Of a DNA stretch of 64,000 bases, positions 31,789 through 41,744 are shown in pieces (the first letter of the stretch is position 1; every line of letters begins with the position of its first letter). The position numbers and the translations under genes were made by a program. Under the pieces are notes generated by a model, which made no database searches, was not told the DNA's origin, and was given only the letters and a program-made list of their open reading frames with translations. Origin of the DNA: Nitrospirota bacterium (GTDB taxonomy: Bacteria > Nitrospirota > Thermodesulfovibrionia > Thermodesulfovibrionales > Dissulfurispiraceae); NCBI GenBank assembly GCA_963790025.1, contig CAWBMP010000003.1, positions 1-64,000 of the forward strand. The letters run 5' to 3'.

Positions 31789-33402
31789 TTAGCAAATCTG
31801 CTTGAAAAAGTCGTTCCCCTTATCATCGACGAGGATGAAGGCCGGGAAATCCACAACCTCTATCTTCCAGACCGCCTCCATACCCAACTCCGGATAGTCG
31901 ATACATTCGATCTTTTTTATGTTTTCCCGGGCCAGGAGCGCAGCCGCGCCCCCGATGGACCCAAGGTAGAACCCCCCGTACTTCTTGCATGCGTCGGTTA
32001 CCTGGCGGCTTCGATTACCTTTTGCAATCATTATCATAGAACCGCCAAGAGACTGCAGGAGATCGACATAGGAATCCATACGTCCGGCAGTAGTTGGACC
32101 AAGAGAACCGGATGGCTTGCCAGGCGGAGTCTTGGCCGGACCGGCGTAATAAACAGGGTGTTTTTTCAGGTATTCGGGGATACCCTCTCCTTTGTCGATC
32201 CGCTCTCTGAACCTAGCATGGGCGATGTCCCTCGCAACGACAAGTGTGCCGGTCAGGGACAATTGAGTTGTGACGGGAAACTTTGAGAGTTCAGTCAGCA
32301 CCTGTCCCATAGGCCTGTTCAGGTCAACCTTCACCACCCCTTGCTTGTGCGTGGCGCGGTATTTAGCAGGGACCAGTCGGCCCGGCTTGCGCTCCAGTGC
32401 TTCCAGCCATATACCGGATCTGTCGATTTTTGCCTTTATGTTACGGTCTGCGGAACAGGAGACTCCCATCCCGATCGGGCATGATGCGCCGTGACGCGGC
32501 AGTCGGATAACACGCACATCAAGGGCAAAGTACTTGCCTCCGAATTGGGCCCCATAGCCACACTTATAGGCAGCATCCAGTATTTTCTTCTCCAGTTCGA
32601 CGTCACGGAATGCATGGCCCGATTTATTCCCTTCAGTAGGAAGGTCGTCCAGGTATTTGGTGGTGGCCAGTTTAACGGTCTTCAAACATGCCTCCGCAGA
32701 ACTTCCGCCAATAACAAAAGCCAGGTGGTATGGAGGACAGGCGGCGGTCCCAAGAGTCTTCATCTTTTCGATGAGGAACTTCTCAAGAACCGGAGGGTTC
32801 AGGAGGGCTTTTGTCTCCTGATAAAGAGCGGTTTTATTGGCCGAGCCGCCGCCTTTGGCAACAAACAGGAATTTATATTCCATGCCTTCAGTTGCATGCA
32901 GGTCGATCTGTGCCGGCAGGTTGCATCCGGAGTTGACCTCGTCATACATGTTTAAGGCGACTGTCTGCGAATAGCGGAGGTTCTCCCCGATGTATGTCTT
33001 GCGTATTCCTTCTGACAGGTATTCTTCATCGTTCACGCCGGTCCAGACCTGCTGTCCCTTCTTTCCGTAAACGGTAGCCGTACCGGTATCCTGACAAAGA
33101 GGCAGCTCAAAACCGGCAGCCACTTCTGCATTGCGCAGCATGGCGACAGCAACACCCCGGTCGTTGTCCGACGCCTCGGGGTCCGACAATATTGCGGCCA
33201 TCTGCTCAAGGTGGGCCGGGCGAAGCAGGAACGATACGTCCCGCATGGCCTGGTTTGCAAGAAAGGTAAGTGCTTCCGGCTCTATAACCAATACTTCTTT
33301 GCCTTTGATGGTTGCCAAAGAAACATACTCTTTCGTAAGGAGCCGGTACTTTGTCGAATCCGGCCCTAAGGGAAAGAGTTCATAATCATTTTTCCCCTTC
33401 AT
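31789..33402 (-). CDS. fumA: Fumarate hydratase class I (Fe-S)
   Basis: [29 protein letters not shown]. Confidence 0.92.
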   Translation of the reverse strand: MKGKNDYELFPLGPDSTKYRLLTKEYVSLATIKGKEVLVIEPEALTFLANQAMRDVSFLLRPAHLEQMAAILSDPEASDNDRGVAVAMLRNAEVAAGFELPLCQDTGTATVYGKKGQQVWTGVNDEEYLSEGIRKTYIGENLRYSQTVALNMYDEVNSGCNLPAQIDLHATEGMEYKFLFVAKGGGSANKTALYQETKALLNPPVLEKFLIEKMKTLGTAACPPYHLAFVIGGSSAEACLKTVKLATTKYLDDLPTEGNKSGHAFRDVELEKKILDAAYKCGYGAQFGGKYFALDVRVIRLPRHGASCPIGMGVSCSADRNIKAKIDRSGIWLEALERKPGRLVPAKYRATHKQGVVKVDLNRPMGQVLTELSKFPVTTQLSLTGTLVVARDIAHARFRERIDKGEGIPEYLKKHPVYYAGPAKTPPGKPSGSLGPTTAGRMDSYVDLLQSLGGSMIMIAKGNRSRQVTDACKKYGGFYLGSIGGAAALLARENIKKIECIDYPELGMEAVWKIEVVDFPAFILVDDKGNDFFKQIC

Positions 33403-33448
33403 AATCCTCTCCCGTTACCCTCCCATTTTTATTATAATAATATAAATT

Positions 33449-34636
33449 ATGAGATATTATCTTGCAAACAATTTTGTCCTCAAGCGGCTTGAGACCCCGG
33501 CCATTTACGATATCAAGGAAGACGAATTGTATGAACTCGACGAAACTGCCTTTGAATTTTTGAACAAGTGCTCAGCGACTGAAGGCTGCAACGGCGATGA
33601 CGCTGACAGGGAATTTATCGGGTACTGTCTTTCAGAAGGAATATTGTCGGAAGCGCCCGTTTCTATCCTCAGGTCCCGTCCTGGATTTTTGGGAGGCGAT
33701 TTGCCGGCACCTTCGCTGCGGTATCTTGAATTGCAAATTACAGACAGATGCAATCTTGAGTGCAAACATTGTTATATTGATCGGCCCGGATCAAACGAAC
33801 TCCCGGCAGAAACAATAATGGGGATTCTGGATGAATTTGAGTTGATGCAGGGATTGCGTCTGATGATTTCCGGCGGGGAGCCTGTGGTGCACCGCGATTT
33901 CAGGGCAATAAATGCAATGCTGCCGAAGTATGGATTCAGGAAAATATTGTTTACAAATGGCCTTCTGCTCGGTAGAGAAGTGTTGGAATGTCTTCATGTT
34001 GATGAAATACAGTTCAGTGTCGACGGCATGGAGCGCGGACACGATGCCCTGAGGGGAAGTGGAACTTATAAAAAAGTAATTCGCGCCATCGGGACTGCGC
34101 TGGGTTCGGGCATGGATGTATCGGTAGCGACCATGATTCACCGTGCGAATGTCGCTGAATTTGCTGAGATGGAAGAGTTTTTTAAAAGTATGGGGATCAG
34201 GGACTGGACTGTTGATGTTCCAAGCCCTGCCGGTCGCTTTAAACACAATACGCTCTTTCATATACGGCCCGATATGGCAGGGCAGTACCTCAATTACGGT
34301 TTCGGCGGCGGCGGCTTTCACGGCGGCGGCGAAGGGTATGGCTGCGGGCATCATCTTTTGTCCGTGCTCGCTAATGGAACAGTTGCCAAGTGCGCTTTTT
34401 ATACCCATGCTCCACTCGGCAAAGTCAGTGACGGACTGCTAAAGTGCCGGGCCAGGCTGAAGCCGGTGAAGCTGGAGGCATTGGAATGTTGCGGGGCCGC
34501 TTGCGCGGTTATTGATTCATGCAGGGGAGGGTGCAGATACCGGGCCTCACTTACCGCCGGAAAAAGTGAATGGGGAGAAAATAAAAGGGATATTTACAAA
34601 TGTTTTGCCTATGGTATACTAAAAGCCGAGAGTTAA
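33449..34636 (+). CDS. Radical SAM/SPASM protein, putative peptide maturase with RRE-like N-terminus
   Basis: CNLECKHC, ISGGEP, SPASM cysteines (GCG...KC...CCGAAC...CRGGC...C), ~70-aa N-terminal extension. Confidence 0.85.
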   Translation: MRYYLANNFVLKRLETPAIYDIKEDELYELDETAFEFLNKCSATEGCNGDDADREFIGYCLSEGILSEAPVSILRSRPGFLGGDLPAPSLRYLELQITDRCNLECKHCYIDRPGSNELPAETIMGILDEFELMQGLRLMISGGEPVVHRDFRAINAMLPKYGFRKILFTNGLLLGREVLECLHVDEIQFSVDGMERGHDALRGSGTYKKVIRAIGTALGSGMDVSVATMIHRANVAEFAEMEEFFKSMGIRDWTVDVPSPAGRFKHNTLFHIRPDMAGQYLNYGFGGGGFHGGGEGYGCGHHLLSVLANGTVAKCAFYTHAPLGKVSDGLLKCRARLKPVKLEALECCGAACAVIDSCRGGCRYRASLTAGKSEWGENKRDIYKCFAYGILKAES

Positions 34637-34738
34637 GAGCTTAGAGACCGGAGCTAAAAACCAGGGAGCAGTAAGCCATTTTTTTGCTCTTAGCCGTTGG
34701 GCCTGGACTCTTAGCTATCTTTGGAGGAGGTGTTTGGA

Positions 34739-34801
34739 ATGGTGATCAGGAAGGTCGTAAAAAAAACAGCAACTACATGTAAGTGTAAGGGTTCCTGTTA
34801 G
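34739..34801 (+). CDS. 20-aa Cys-rich peptide, candidate RiPP precursor
   Basis: GGAGGAGGTG SD; MVIRKVVKKTATTCKCKGSC*. Confidence 0.7.
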   Translation: MVIRKVVKKTATTCKCKGSC

Positions 34802-34887
34802 GTATCAATTCATCAAAGTATCAGAGTAAATAAAGCTTCATAGTATTTACTCTGACACTTTGAACTTTTTTGTGGATTTCATGGGTA

Positions 34888-34920
34888 GGGGGGCGGTGTA
34901 CTCAGCCCCCCGTTTATTTT
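34888..34920 (+). terminator. Intrinsic terminator after the rSAM/peptide unit
   Basis: GGGGGGC-loop-GCCCCCC then GTTTATTTT. Confidence 0.7.
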
Positions 34921-34964
34921 GTCGAACCCTTTGTATTTTAAAGATCAGTGTGCCATAATAAAAA

Positions 34965-36716
34965 ATGGATTTTAATAAGGCGTTTTTTTTAGTTCTCGTC
35001 ATTTTAATATTCGGCAGCGCATCATGCGCTCCTTTACAAAAAGAGGCCGGCCCGGTTAAAGAGCCTTCAGTAGAAGTCTTGCGCGTAGACACCGAGAAAG
35101 CGGATTTGGAATACCTGCTCGGCTATGAAGAGGAAATAGATGGAAACTGGGGGGAGGCCCTGCATCATTACAGCGAAGCTCTCAAGCTGGATCCTTCCTC
35201 TACCTACTTAAAGACAGAAATAGGCTCAATGCTTATGAAACTCGGGAAATATGCCGAAGCGTCTTCGATGCTGGAACAGGTTATCAAGGTATCACCAGAT
35301 TATGTCCCCGCCCTTATGCTGCTCGGTGATTTGTATAATGCTCAGAAGAGAGTTGATGAAGCGATAGTCATTTATGATAAAGTGGTGAGGATATCGCCTG
35401 ATAAGGACAATGCGCGCCTGTTCCTGGGAGTACTCTACCTGTCCAAAGGAGAGGCACAAAAAGCTGAAGACATTCTTAATAACATAATTAACAACGATCC
35501 CGAAAATATCATGGCCCTCTACTATCTCGGCACAATCAGCCTTGAGAGAAAAGATTTTGGTAAAGCGGAGAATTTTTTTAAAAGGGTCATAGAGCTTAGG
35601 CCGTCCTTCGATGCTGCTTATTTGAGCCTTGGACTTGCCAGTGAAATAAGGAACGATACAAAGTCTGCCGAAGAATACTACAAGAAAGCACTCGAAGTTA
35701 ATCCCCATAATCCATTCGCAAGCGAAAGACTCACGCAACTTTATCTGACCGAAAGGTCATATGAAAAAGCCATTAAGGAACTCGAACGTGTATTGACAGA
35801 GGCCCCCACAAATGTGGATATTCATCACCGGCTCGGGTTGCTTTATCTTCAGGAAAAACAATATGAACGGGCGCTCTCCGAGTTCAGGATTGTCCTTGAG
35901 GCAAGGCCGGCCGATATAACAGTCAGATATTATGTCGTGGTAACACTCGATGAAATGAACAGGCTGGATGAGGCAATCGCTGAGCTTAAGAAAATTCTTG
36001 CTATTGATCCGAAGAACGTAAATGCGTTTATGACGCTCGGAGCAATCTACTCTAAGCAGAACAATTCCCCGGAGGCAGTAAAGATATACCAGGAAGCGCT
36101 TAGTTTTGAAAAGGGCAAACCGGAAATTTATGTTTATCTCGGTTCCACATACGTGCAGATGAAAGAATACGCGAAGTCTGAAGAAGTTTTGACGGACGGC
36201 CTCAAGCTCTTCCCCAATAACGATGAGTTGCTTTTCAATATGGCCATACTTTATGAAAAAACCGGAAAATTCGAGGATATGGTCAGGACCCTGAAACGCA
36301 CTATCGAATTGAATCCAAAAAATGCGGAGGCGTTGAATTACCTGGGCTATAGTTATGCTGATAAGGGCATCAATCTTAAAGAAGCCTTGTCGCTTGTCAA
36401 AAAGGCGCTGGAACTGAAGCCGGACAGCGGTTTCATAATGGACAGCCTGGGATGGATATATTTCAAACAGGGACGGCTGGAAGAAGCACTGAAAACCCAG
36501 ATCACGGCCGTAAATCTTGTCAATGACGACCCTGTCTTGCGTGAGCATCTTGGCGATATCTATGCAGCTATGGGCAAGAATGACGAAGCCCTCGACGCCT
36601 GGAATGCTGCTCTCCGTTTTCAGGAAAAAGAGGAGGGGTTAAAGGAGCGCGTTGAGGGGAAGATAAAACAGCTAGGGGCCAAGAGCCAAGAGCCAAGAGC
36701 GAAAGTCAAAGAATAG
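34965..36716 (+). CDS. TPR-repeat lipoprotein
   Basis: Lipobox SASC, many TPRs, ALNYLGY and DSLGW motifs. Confidence 0.88.
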   Translation: MDFNKAFFLVLVILIFGSASCAPLQKEAGPVKEPSVEVLRVDTEKADLEYLLGYEEEIDGNWGEALHHYSEALKLDPSSTYLKTEIGSMLMKLGKYAEASSMLEQVIKVSPDYVPALMLLGDLYNAQKRVDEAIVIYDKVVRISPDKDNARLFLGVLYLSKGEAQKAEDILNNIINNDPENIMALYYLGTISLERKDFGKAENFFKRVIELRPSFDAAYLSLGLASEIRNDTKSAEEYYKKALEVNPHNPFASERLTQLYLTERSYEKAIKELERVLTEAPTNVDIHHRLGLLYLQEKQYERALSEFRIVLEARPADITVRYYVVVTLDEMNRLDEAIAELKKILAIDPKNVNAFMTLGAIYSKQNNSPEAVKIYQEALSFEKGKPEIYVYLGSTYVQMKEYAKSEEVLTDGLKLFPNNDELLFNMAILYEKTGKFEDMVRTLKRTIELNPKNAEALNYLGYSYADKGINLKEALSLVKKALELKPDSGFIMDSLGWIYFKQGRLEEALKTQITAVNLVNDDPVLREHLGDIYAAMGKNDEALDAWNAALRFQEKEEGLKERVEGKIKQLGAKSQEPRAKVKE

Positions 36717-36790
36717 TTAGGAGCTCTTTTTTGTTTTTGTCTTTTTTTTGCCTTGGACTATTAGCCCTCGGCTCCTGGCTTTATTATATT

Positions 36791-37657
36791 ATGCTTACAG
36801 TAAAAGCACCTGCCAAAATTAACTGGTCGCTGTCTGTGCTGGATAAAAGAGAAGACGGTTACCATAATATAGTCTCTCTTCTGCACTGTATCGGCCTCTA
36901 TGACGTCATTAATTTTGAACTTTCCGATAGACTTACACTTGAATCCGGCCTCAATCTCCCATGCGAGCAGAACCTTGTCTATAAGGCGGCCCTTCTGCTC
37001 CAAAACTATGCAGGCACTAAAAAAGGTGCGCGAATTACATTAAAAAAGGAGATACCTTCGGGGGCCGGGCTCGGCGGCGGAAGCAGCGATGCCGCATATA
37101 CGCTGATGGCGCTCAACGGGCTTTGGGAGCTCGGTCTCGGCAAAGGTGAACTCAAGTACCTCGGAAAAAAATTGGGGTCGGATGTCCCTTTCTTTTTTGA
37201 GGGTCCCCTTGCCCTGGCAGAGGGTCGCGGGGAGCGACTGGCCAAATTGACGGCGGCTATACCGCATGTTTTGCTGCTGGTAAAAGCCGATTGTTCCGTG
37301 CCGACATCCTGGGCTTACGGCGCGCTTGACAGGGAAGGCGGAGGCAAACCGGCATTGACAAAAATAAACAATAAAATAAATAATATCCAGTTAATTTATC
37401 GGGGAATTGCTACAGGGGATTTGTTAAGAATTGCGGAGCATGCGCACAATGATTTTGAAAAGGCCGTCATGCAACGCTATCCAGTAATTGGACATGTTAA
37501 AGAGCAGATGCTCAAGAGCGGTGCTGTTATGGCGCTGATGAGCGGCAGCGGTTCTGCCGTTTATGGTCTGTTTGATGATGAGAAAAGGGCGCTGAATGCA
37601 TGCCGGCATTTTCCGTCTTATTATTGCAGGGTGGTAAAGACATTGACGGATCGGTGA
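36791..37657 (+). CDS. ispE: 4-(CDP)-2-C-methyl-D-erythritol kinase
   Basis: APAKIN, GAGLGGGSSDAA, MSGSGS. Confidence 0.94.
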   Translation: MLTVKAPAKINWSLSVLDKREDGYHNIVSLLHCIGLYDVINFELSDRLTLESGLNLPCEQNLVYKAALLLQNYAGTKKGARITLKKEIPSGAGLGGGSSDAAYTLMALNGLWELGLGKGELKYLGKKLGSDVPFFFEGPLALAEGRGERLAKLTAAIPHVLLLVKADCSVPTSWAYGALDREGGGKPALTKINNKINNIQLIYRGIATGDLLRIAEHAHNDFEKAVMQRYPVIGHVKEQMLKSGAVMALMSGSGSAVYGLFDDEKRALNACRHFPSYYCRVVKTLTDR

Positions 37658-37731
37658 ATGAGTTGATGGGTGAATGGGTAAAAAAAACTAAGAACTCATA
37701 TGCCCATATACTCATTTACTCATATACTTTT

Positions 37732-37803
37732 TGGGGCGTAGACAAGCGGCAAGTCAGCAGATTTTGGATCTGCCATTCCCAGGTTCGAATCCTGGCGCCC
37801 CAG
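37732..37803 (+). tRNA. tRNA-Gln(TTG), CCA not encoded
   Basis: Acceptor TGGGGCG/CGCCCCA, anticodon arm GCAGA-TTTTGGA-TCTGC, GGTTCGAATCC. Confidence 0.95.
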
Positions 37804-37940
37804 TCCTTATAAAAGTAAAAAGTGAGAAGTAAAAAGTAAAAATGGATTTATGGGCTGCGCGAGATGTGTTATATTATTCTTTATACATAATGAATGAGGC
37901 TATTTGACTTTTAACTTTTTACTTCTTTTTTGGAGGGGAA

Positions 37941-38882
37941 ATGCATAACGGTGTTAAACTGCTTACCGGGAATGCCAACAGGCCGCTTGCCGTCAAGGTA
38001 AGCGAATATATCGGAATACCTTTGACCGATACTACGGTTAACACATTCAGTGATGGTGAAATAACGGTGCAAATTAATGAGAATATCAGAGGGTGTGATG
38101 TTTTTGTAATTCAGCCGACCTGCTGCCATGTTAACCACAACATTATGGAATTGCTGCTCATTATAGATGCTTTGAAAAGGGCTTCGGCAAACAGGATAAC
38201 TGCGGTGGTCCCTTATTACGGTTATGCCAGGCAGGACAGGAAAGTCCAGCCGAGGGTCCCGATTTCATCAAAGTTGGTAGCCGACCTGCTTACCGCAGCT
38301 GGAACTAACAGGCTTATAACCATCGATTTGCATGCAGCCCAGATACAAGGCTTTTTCAATATCCCTGTTGACCACCTGTATGCTTCGCCTGTGTTGTATG
38401 ACTATATAAAGAAAAGCAGATTCGATGATCTCGTTATAGTTTCTCCTGATGCCGGCGGTGTTGAGCGTGCCCGCTCTTTTGCCAAGAGGCTCGACGCATC
38501 TCTTGCCATTGTTGACAAGCGGCGAGAAGTAGCCAATGTTTCAAAGGTCATGAATGTAATCGGGAACGTCAAGGACTGCGACGCTATTATCCTTGATGAT
38601 ATGATCGATACGGCCGGCACCATAACGCAGGCTGCCCAGGCGCTCCATGATAACGGGGCCAAAAGGGTTTGTGCAGCAACTTCCCACGGGGTGTTGTCGG
38701 GTCCTGCTATTCAGAGGGTAAATGATTCGGTGCTTGAAGAAGTGATTACAACAGACACAATCCCTCTCGACGATAAGGTAGCGGCATGCAGTAAGCTTAA
38801 GGTATTGAGCATTTCAAAACTGCTGGGCGAAGCTATAACTAGAATACACGAGGAATCATCAGTGAGTTCATTGTTTGATTAA
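37941..38882 (+). CDS. prs: Ribose-phosphate pyrophosphokinase
   Basis: FSDGE, YGYARQDR, VSPDAGG, DDMIDTAGT. Confidence 0.97.
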   Translation: MHNGVKLLTGNANRPLAVKVSEYIGIPLTDTTVNTFSDGEITVQINENIRGCDVFVIQPTCCHVNHNIMELLLIIDALKRASANRITAVVPYYGYARQDRKVQPRVPISSKLVADLLTAAGTNRLITIDLHAAQIQGFFNIPVDHLYASPVLYDYIKKSRFDDLVIVSPDAGGVERARSFAKRLDASLAIVDKRREVANVSKVMNVIGNVKDCDAIILDDMIDTAGTITQAAQALHDNGAKRVCAATSHGVLSGPAIQRVNDSVLEEVITTDTIPLDDKVAACSKLKVLSISKLLGEAITRIHEESSVSSLFD

Positions 38883-38918
38883 AAACGACAATACGGTTCA
38901 GGCATATAAGGAGGATAC

Positions 38919-39569
38919 ATGGAAAGAGTGGTTTTAAATGTGGAGAAAAGAGACAGACTGGGAAAAGGCGGGGCTCGCACGCTAAGGGCGGGCGGGTTTA
39001 TTCCTGCCGTGGTCTATAAAGGCGGCAATTCGCTGCCTGTTCAGCTTCCGGGAAAAGAGCTTTCATACTATATAAGCAAAACAGGCGGCGAACAGGTAAT
39101 TGTAAATCTCAAGTTCAAGGACGATACAAAACAGGCGATACTTAAAGAATATCAGGTGGACCCTTTAAGCGGCAAACTTCTGCATGTTGACTTCCAGGAA
39201 ATTTCGGCGACTGAAGTTATCAAGGTGACGGTCCATGTCATCATCCGCGGTGAAGCTATCGGCGTCAAGAGGGACAAGGGTGTACTGCAGTACGGCATCA
39301 GAGAGGTGGAAATAGAGTGTTTGCCTGACAAAATACCGGGACACTTCGATATCGACGTGAGCGAACTTGTCATCGGACGCGCGTTACATGTCAAAGATAT
39401 AATACCCGGGGAGGGTATCCGCATTATTACCGATCCCGGTGAGGTACTTGCGTCGGTTATCGGCATCAAGGAAGAAGTGGTCGCACCTGAAGTCGTGGCA
39501 ACCGCGGAGACTGTTGAGCCTGAAGTTATAAAGAAAGGCAAAAAGGTCGAAGAGGAAGAGAAAAAATAG
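38919..39569 (+). CDS. rplY: 50S ribosomal protein L25/Ctc
   Basis: IPAVVY, LHVDF, context after prs. Confidence 0.93.
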   Translation: MERVVLNVEKRDRLGKGGARTLRAGGFIPAVVYKGGNSLPVQLPGKELSYYISKTGGEQVIVNLKFKDDTKQAILKEYQVDPLSGKLLHVDFQEISATEVIKVTVHVIIRGEAIGVKRDKGVLQYGIREVEIECLPDKIPGHFDIDVSELVIGRALHVKDIIPGEGIRIITDPGEVLASVIGIKEEVVAPEVVATAETVEPEVIKKGKKVEEEEKK

Positions 39570-40154
39570 TTGTGGATTATTGCTGGTCTGGGCAATCCGG
39601 GAAGTAAGTATGAAAAAACCCGACATAATGTCGGATTTGTCGTTATAGACAGGCTTTCGGAGTTATACGGAATAGTTCTGAAAGAAAAGCAAGAGTATCT
39701 TTTGGGTAAGGGGGCTATTGAGGGACAGGAAGCTGTCCTCATTAAGCCCCTTACTTTTATGAACAGGAGCGGGATTGCAGTCGCAAAGGTGCTTAAGAAA
39801 TATAACAGCTTTCCCGGAGATTTAATCGTGGTTCATGATGACCTGGATCTCGATACCGGTGTCATAAAGCTTAAAAAGACCGGATCATCGGGTGGGCATA
39901 AGGGTGTTGAATCGGTCATTCAGGGAACCGGTACGAGGGAATTCTTCAGAGTGAAGGTTGGCGTGGGGCGCAATCCCGATGTTCCTTCGGAGGTTTATGT
40001 CCTCAGCAATTTCAAACCGGCTGAAAAAAGTATCATGAAAGATGCTATAATTAAAGGAAGTGATGCCGTTGCCGCCATTATTACTATGGGAATTGACAGG
40101 GCAATGACCTGTTACAACCGAGCAGCGAAAAAGGAGCCCATACCCGGAGAATAA
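39570..40154 (+). CDS. pth: Peptidyl-tRNA hydrolase
   Basis: GLGNPG, TRHNVGF, HDDLD, GGHKG. Confidence 0.95.
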   Translation: MWIIAGLGNPGSKYEKTRHNVGFVVIDRLSELYGIVLKEKQEYLLGKGAIEGQEAVLIKPLTFMNRSGIAVAKVLKKYNSFPGDLIVVHDDLDLDTGVIKLKKTGSSGGHKGVESVIQGTGTREFFRVKVGVGRNPDVPSEVYVLSNFKPAEKSIMKDAIIKGSDAVAAIITMGIDRAMTCYNRAAKKEPIPGE

Positions 40155-40168
40155 TCCGGAGACTAATA

Positions 40169-41740
40169 ATGAATATTGCTGCAAGCGCTTTATCCGAAGT
40201 TAATATAACAACTGATATCCTTGTCTTACCCCTTTTTGAAACACTCAAGTCTGAACGGTACGCCGATGTGGATGATAAGATTGGCGGCTTGATCTCTAAA
40301 GTTACTGCATCAAAAGAGTTCACCGGGAAACAGAACCAGCTTACTCTCCTTCACGTACAGGATTTACAGACGGAAAGGATTTTGCTTGTCGGAATGGGTA
40401 AGGCGCCCGAGCTTACTTCTGAACGGCTGCGTCAGGCCGGCGGCAAGGCATTCTCATATATAAAAAAACTCGGGGTCAGGAATATCGCAGTGTCCACCAG
40501 AAGTATCGGACTGCACTGCCGAAATGATAATCCCCCTTCATCCACCCTTAAAGTAAGGGGGGAAAGAGGCGGGTTGGTTGATGAAAGGGGTGTTGCACGT
40601 TACAAAAGCATTATTTATTTTCTGGAGGGCGGTCTCCTGGGCATTTACCGGTACGAAAAATATAAAAAGGCCGAAGACAGAGGAGATATAAAGCATATAA
40701 CTGTTCTTGCCGGCAATGCCTCCTTTTTGGGGCAGGAATTGGAGCGTTTGCAAACTGTAGCATCGGCAGTTTATCTGGCCAGAGATCTTGTTAATACACC
40801 GTCGAATGATTTGACCCCCGTTCATATGAGCGAAAAGGCGTGGGCCGTCGCCGGGAAAAATGTGAAGGTCAGGGTATTGGAGGAAAAAGAAATAAAACGG
40901 GAGGGAATGGAGGCGTATCTCTCGGTCTCACGCGGCTCAGCATCGTCACCCCGGTTTGTCATCATGGAATACAAAGGCGGCAGTGGGGCGCATGTTGTGC
41001 TTATAGGGAAGTCGATTACATTCGATAGCGGAGGACTTTCAATCAAGGCTGCAGAGGGCATGGAGAAGATGAAGTACGACATGGCTGGAGGCGCTGCCGT
41101 CCTGGCGGTGATAAAGGCCATTTCAGAAATGTCCCTGCCGCTAGATGTAACAGGCATATTGCCTGCGGCTGAAAATATGCCAGGCAGTACGGCATTCAAG
41201 CCGGGCGATGTTGTAAAATGTATTAGTGGAAAGACAATAGAGATTATCAGCACTGACGCCGAAGGCAGATTAACACTTGCAGATGCCATGGGTTATGCAA
41301 TAAAATACTATAAGCCTGGGGTGCTCGTTGATATCGCAACACTCACCGGGGCCTGTTCCCTGGCGTTGGGAAACGAGGCCATTGCGATGATGGGAAACGA
41401 CACTACACTTATGGAAATATTTAAGGAGTCATCGCTGGAAACATATGAGCGGGTATGGCAGATGCCCCTTTATGATGAATACAAAGACTATCTGAAAAGC
41501 GATATTGCAGATTTAAAAAATGCGGGGGGACGAAATGGCGCGCTTGTTGCCGCCGGATATTTTCTTAAGGAATTTGCAGGTGAAACGCCGTGGGTGCACC
41601 TTGACATTGCGGGCACCGCATGGAATGAAAAGGAGAGGTCTTATAGTCTCAGAGGGTCGACAGGCGTCGGGGTAAGATTGTTAATCGATTTTTTGGAGCG
41701 GTTGGCAGCAGCGCGCTCCCATAAGTCCAAGAGGAAATAA
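40169..41740 (+). CDS. pepA: Leucyl aminopeptidase
   Basis: GKSITFDSGG, MKYDMAG, TDAEGRL, HLDIAG. Confidence 0.93.
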   Translation: MNIAASALSEVNITTDILVLPLFETLKSERYADVDDKIGGLISKVTASKEFTGKQNQLTLLHVQDLQTERILLVGMGKAPELTSERLRQAGGKAFSYIKKLGVRNIAVSTRSIGLHCRNDNPPSSTLKVRGERGGLVDERGVARYKSIIYFLEGGLLGIYRYEKYKKAEDRGDIKHITVLAGNASFLGQELERLQTVASAVYLARDLVNTPSNDLTPVHMSEKAWAVAGKNVKVRVLEEKEIKREGMEAYLSVSRGSASSPRFVIMEYKGGSGAHVVLIGKSITFDSGGLSIKAAEGMEKMKYDMAGGAAVLAVIKAISEMSLPLDVTGILPAAENMPGSTAFKPGDVVKCISGKTIEIISTDAEGRLTLADAMGYAIKYYKPGVLVDIATLTGACSLALGNEAIAMMGNDTTLMEIFKESSLETYERVWQMPLYDEYKDYLKSDIADLKNAGGRNGALVAAGYFLKEFAGETPWVHLDIAGTAWNEKERSYSLRGSTGVGVRLLIDFLERLAAARSHKSKRK

Positions 41741-41744
41741 ACAG

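Noticed and set aside
35757..36548. Long antisense ORFs (also 24692-25456, 17690-18403, 59181-59786)
   Set aside because: Shadow frames opposite well-supported genes.
37600..37812. 70-aa ORF
   Set aside because: Overlaps tRNA-Gln.
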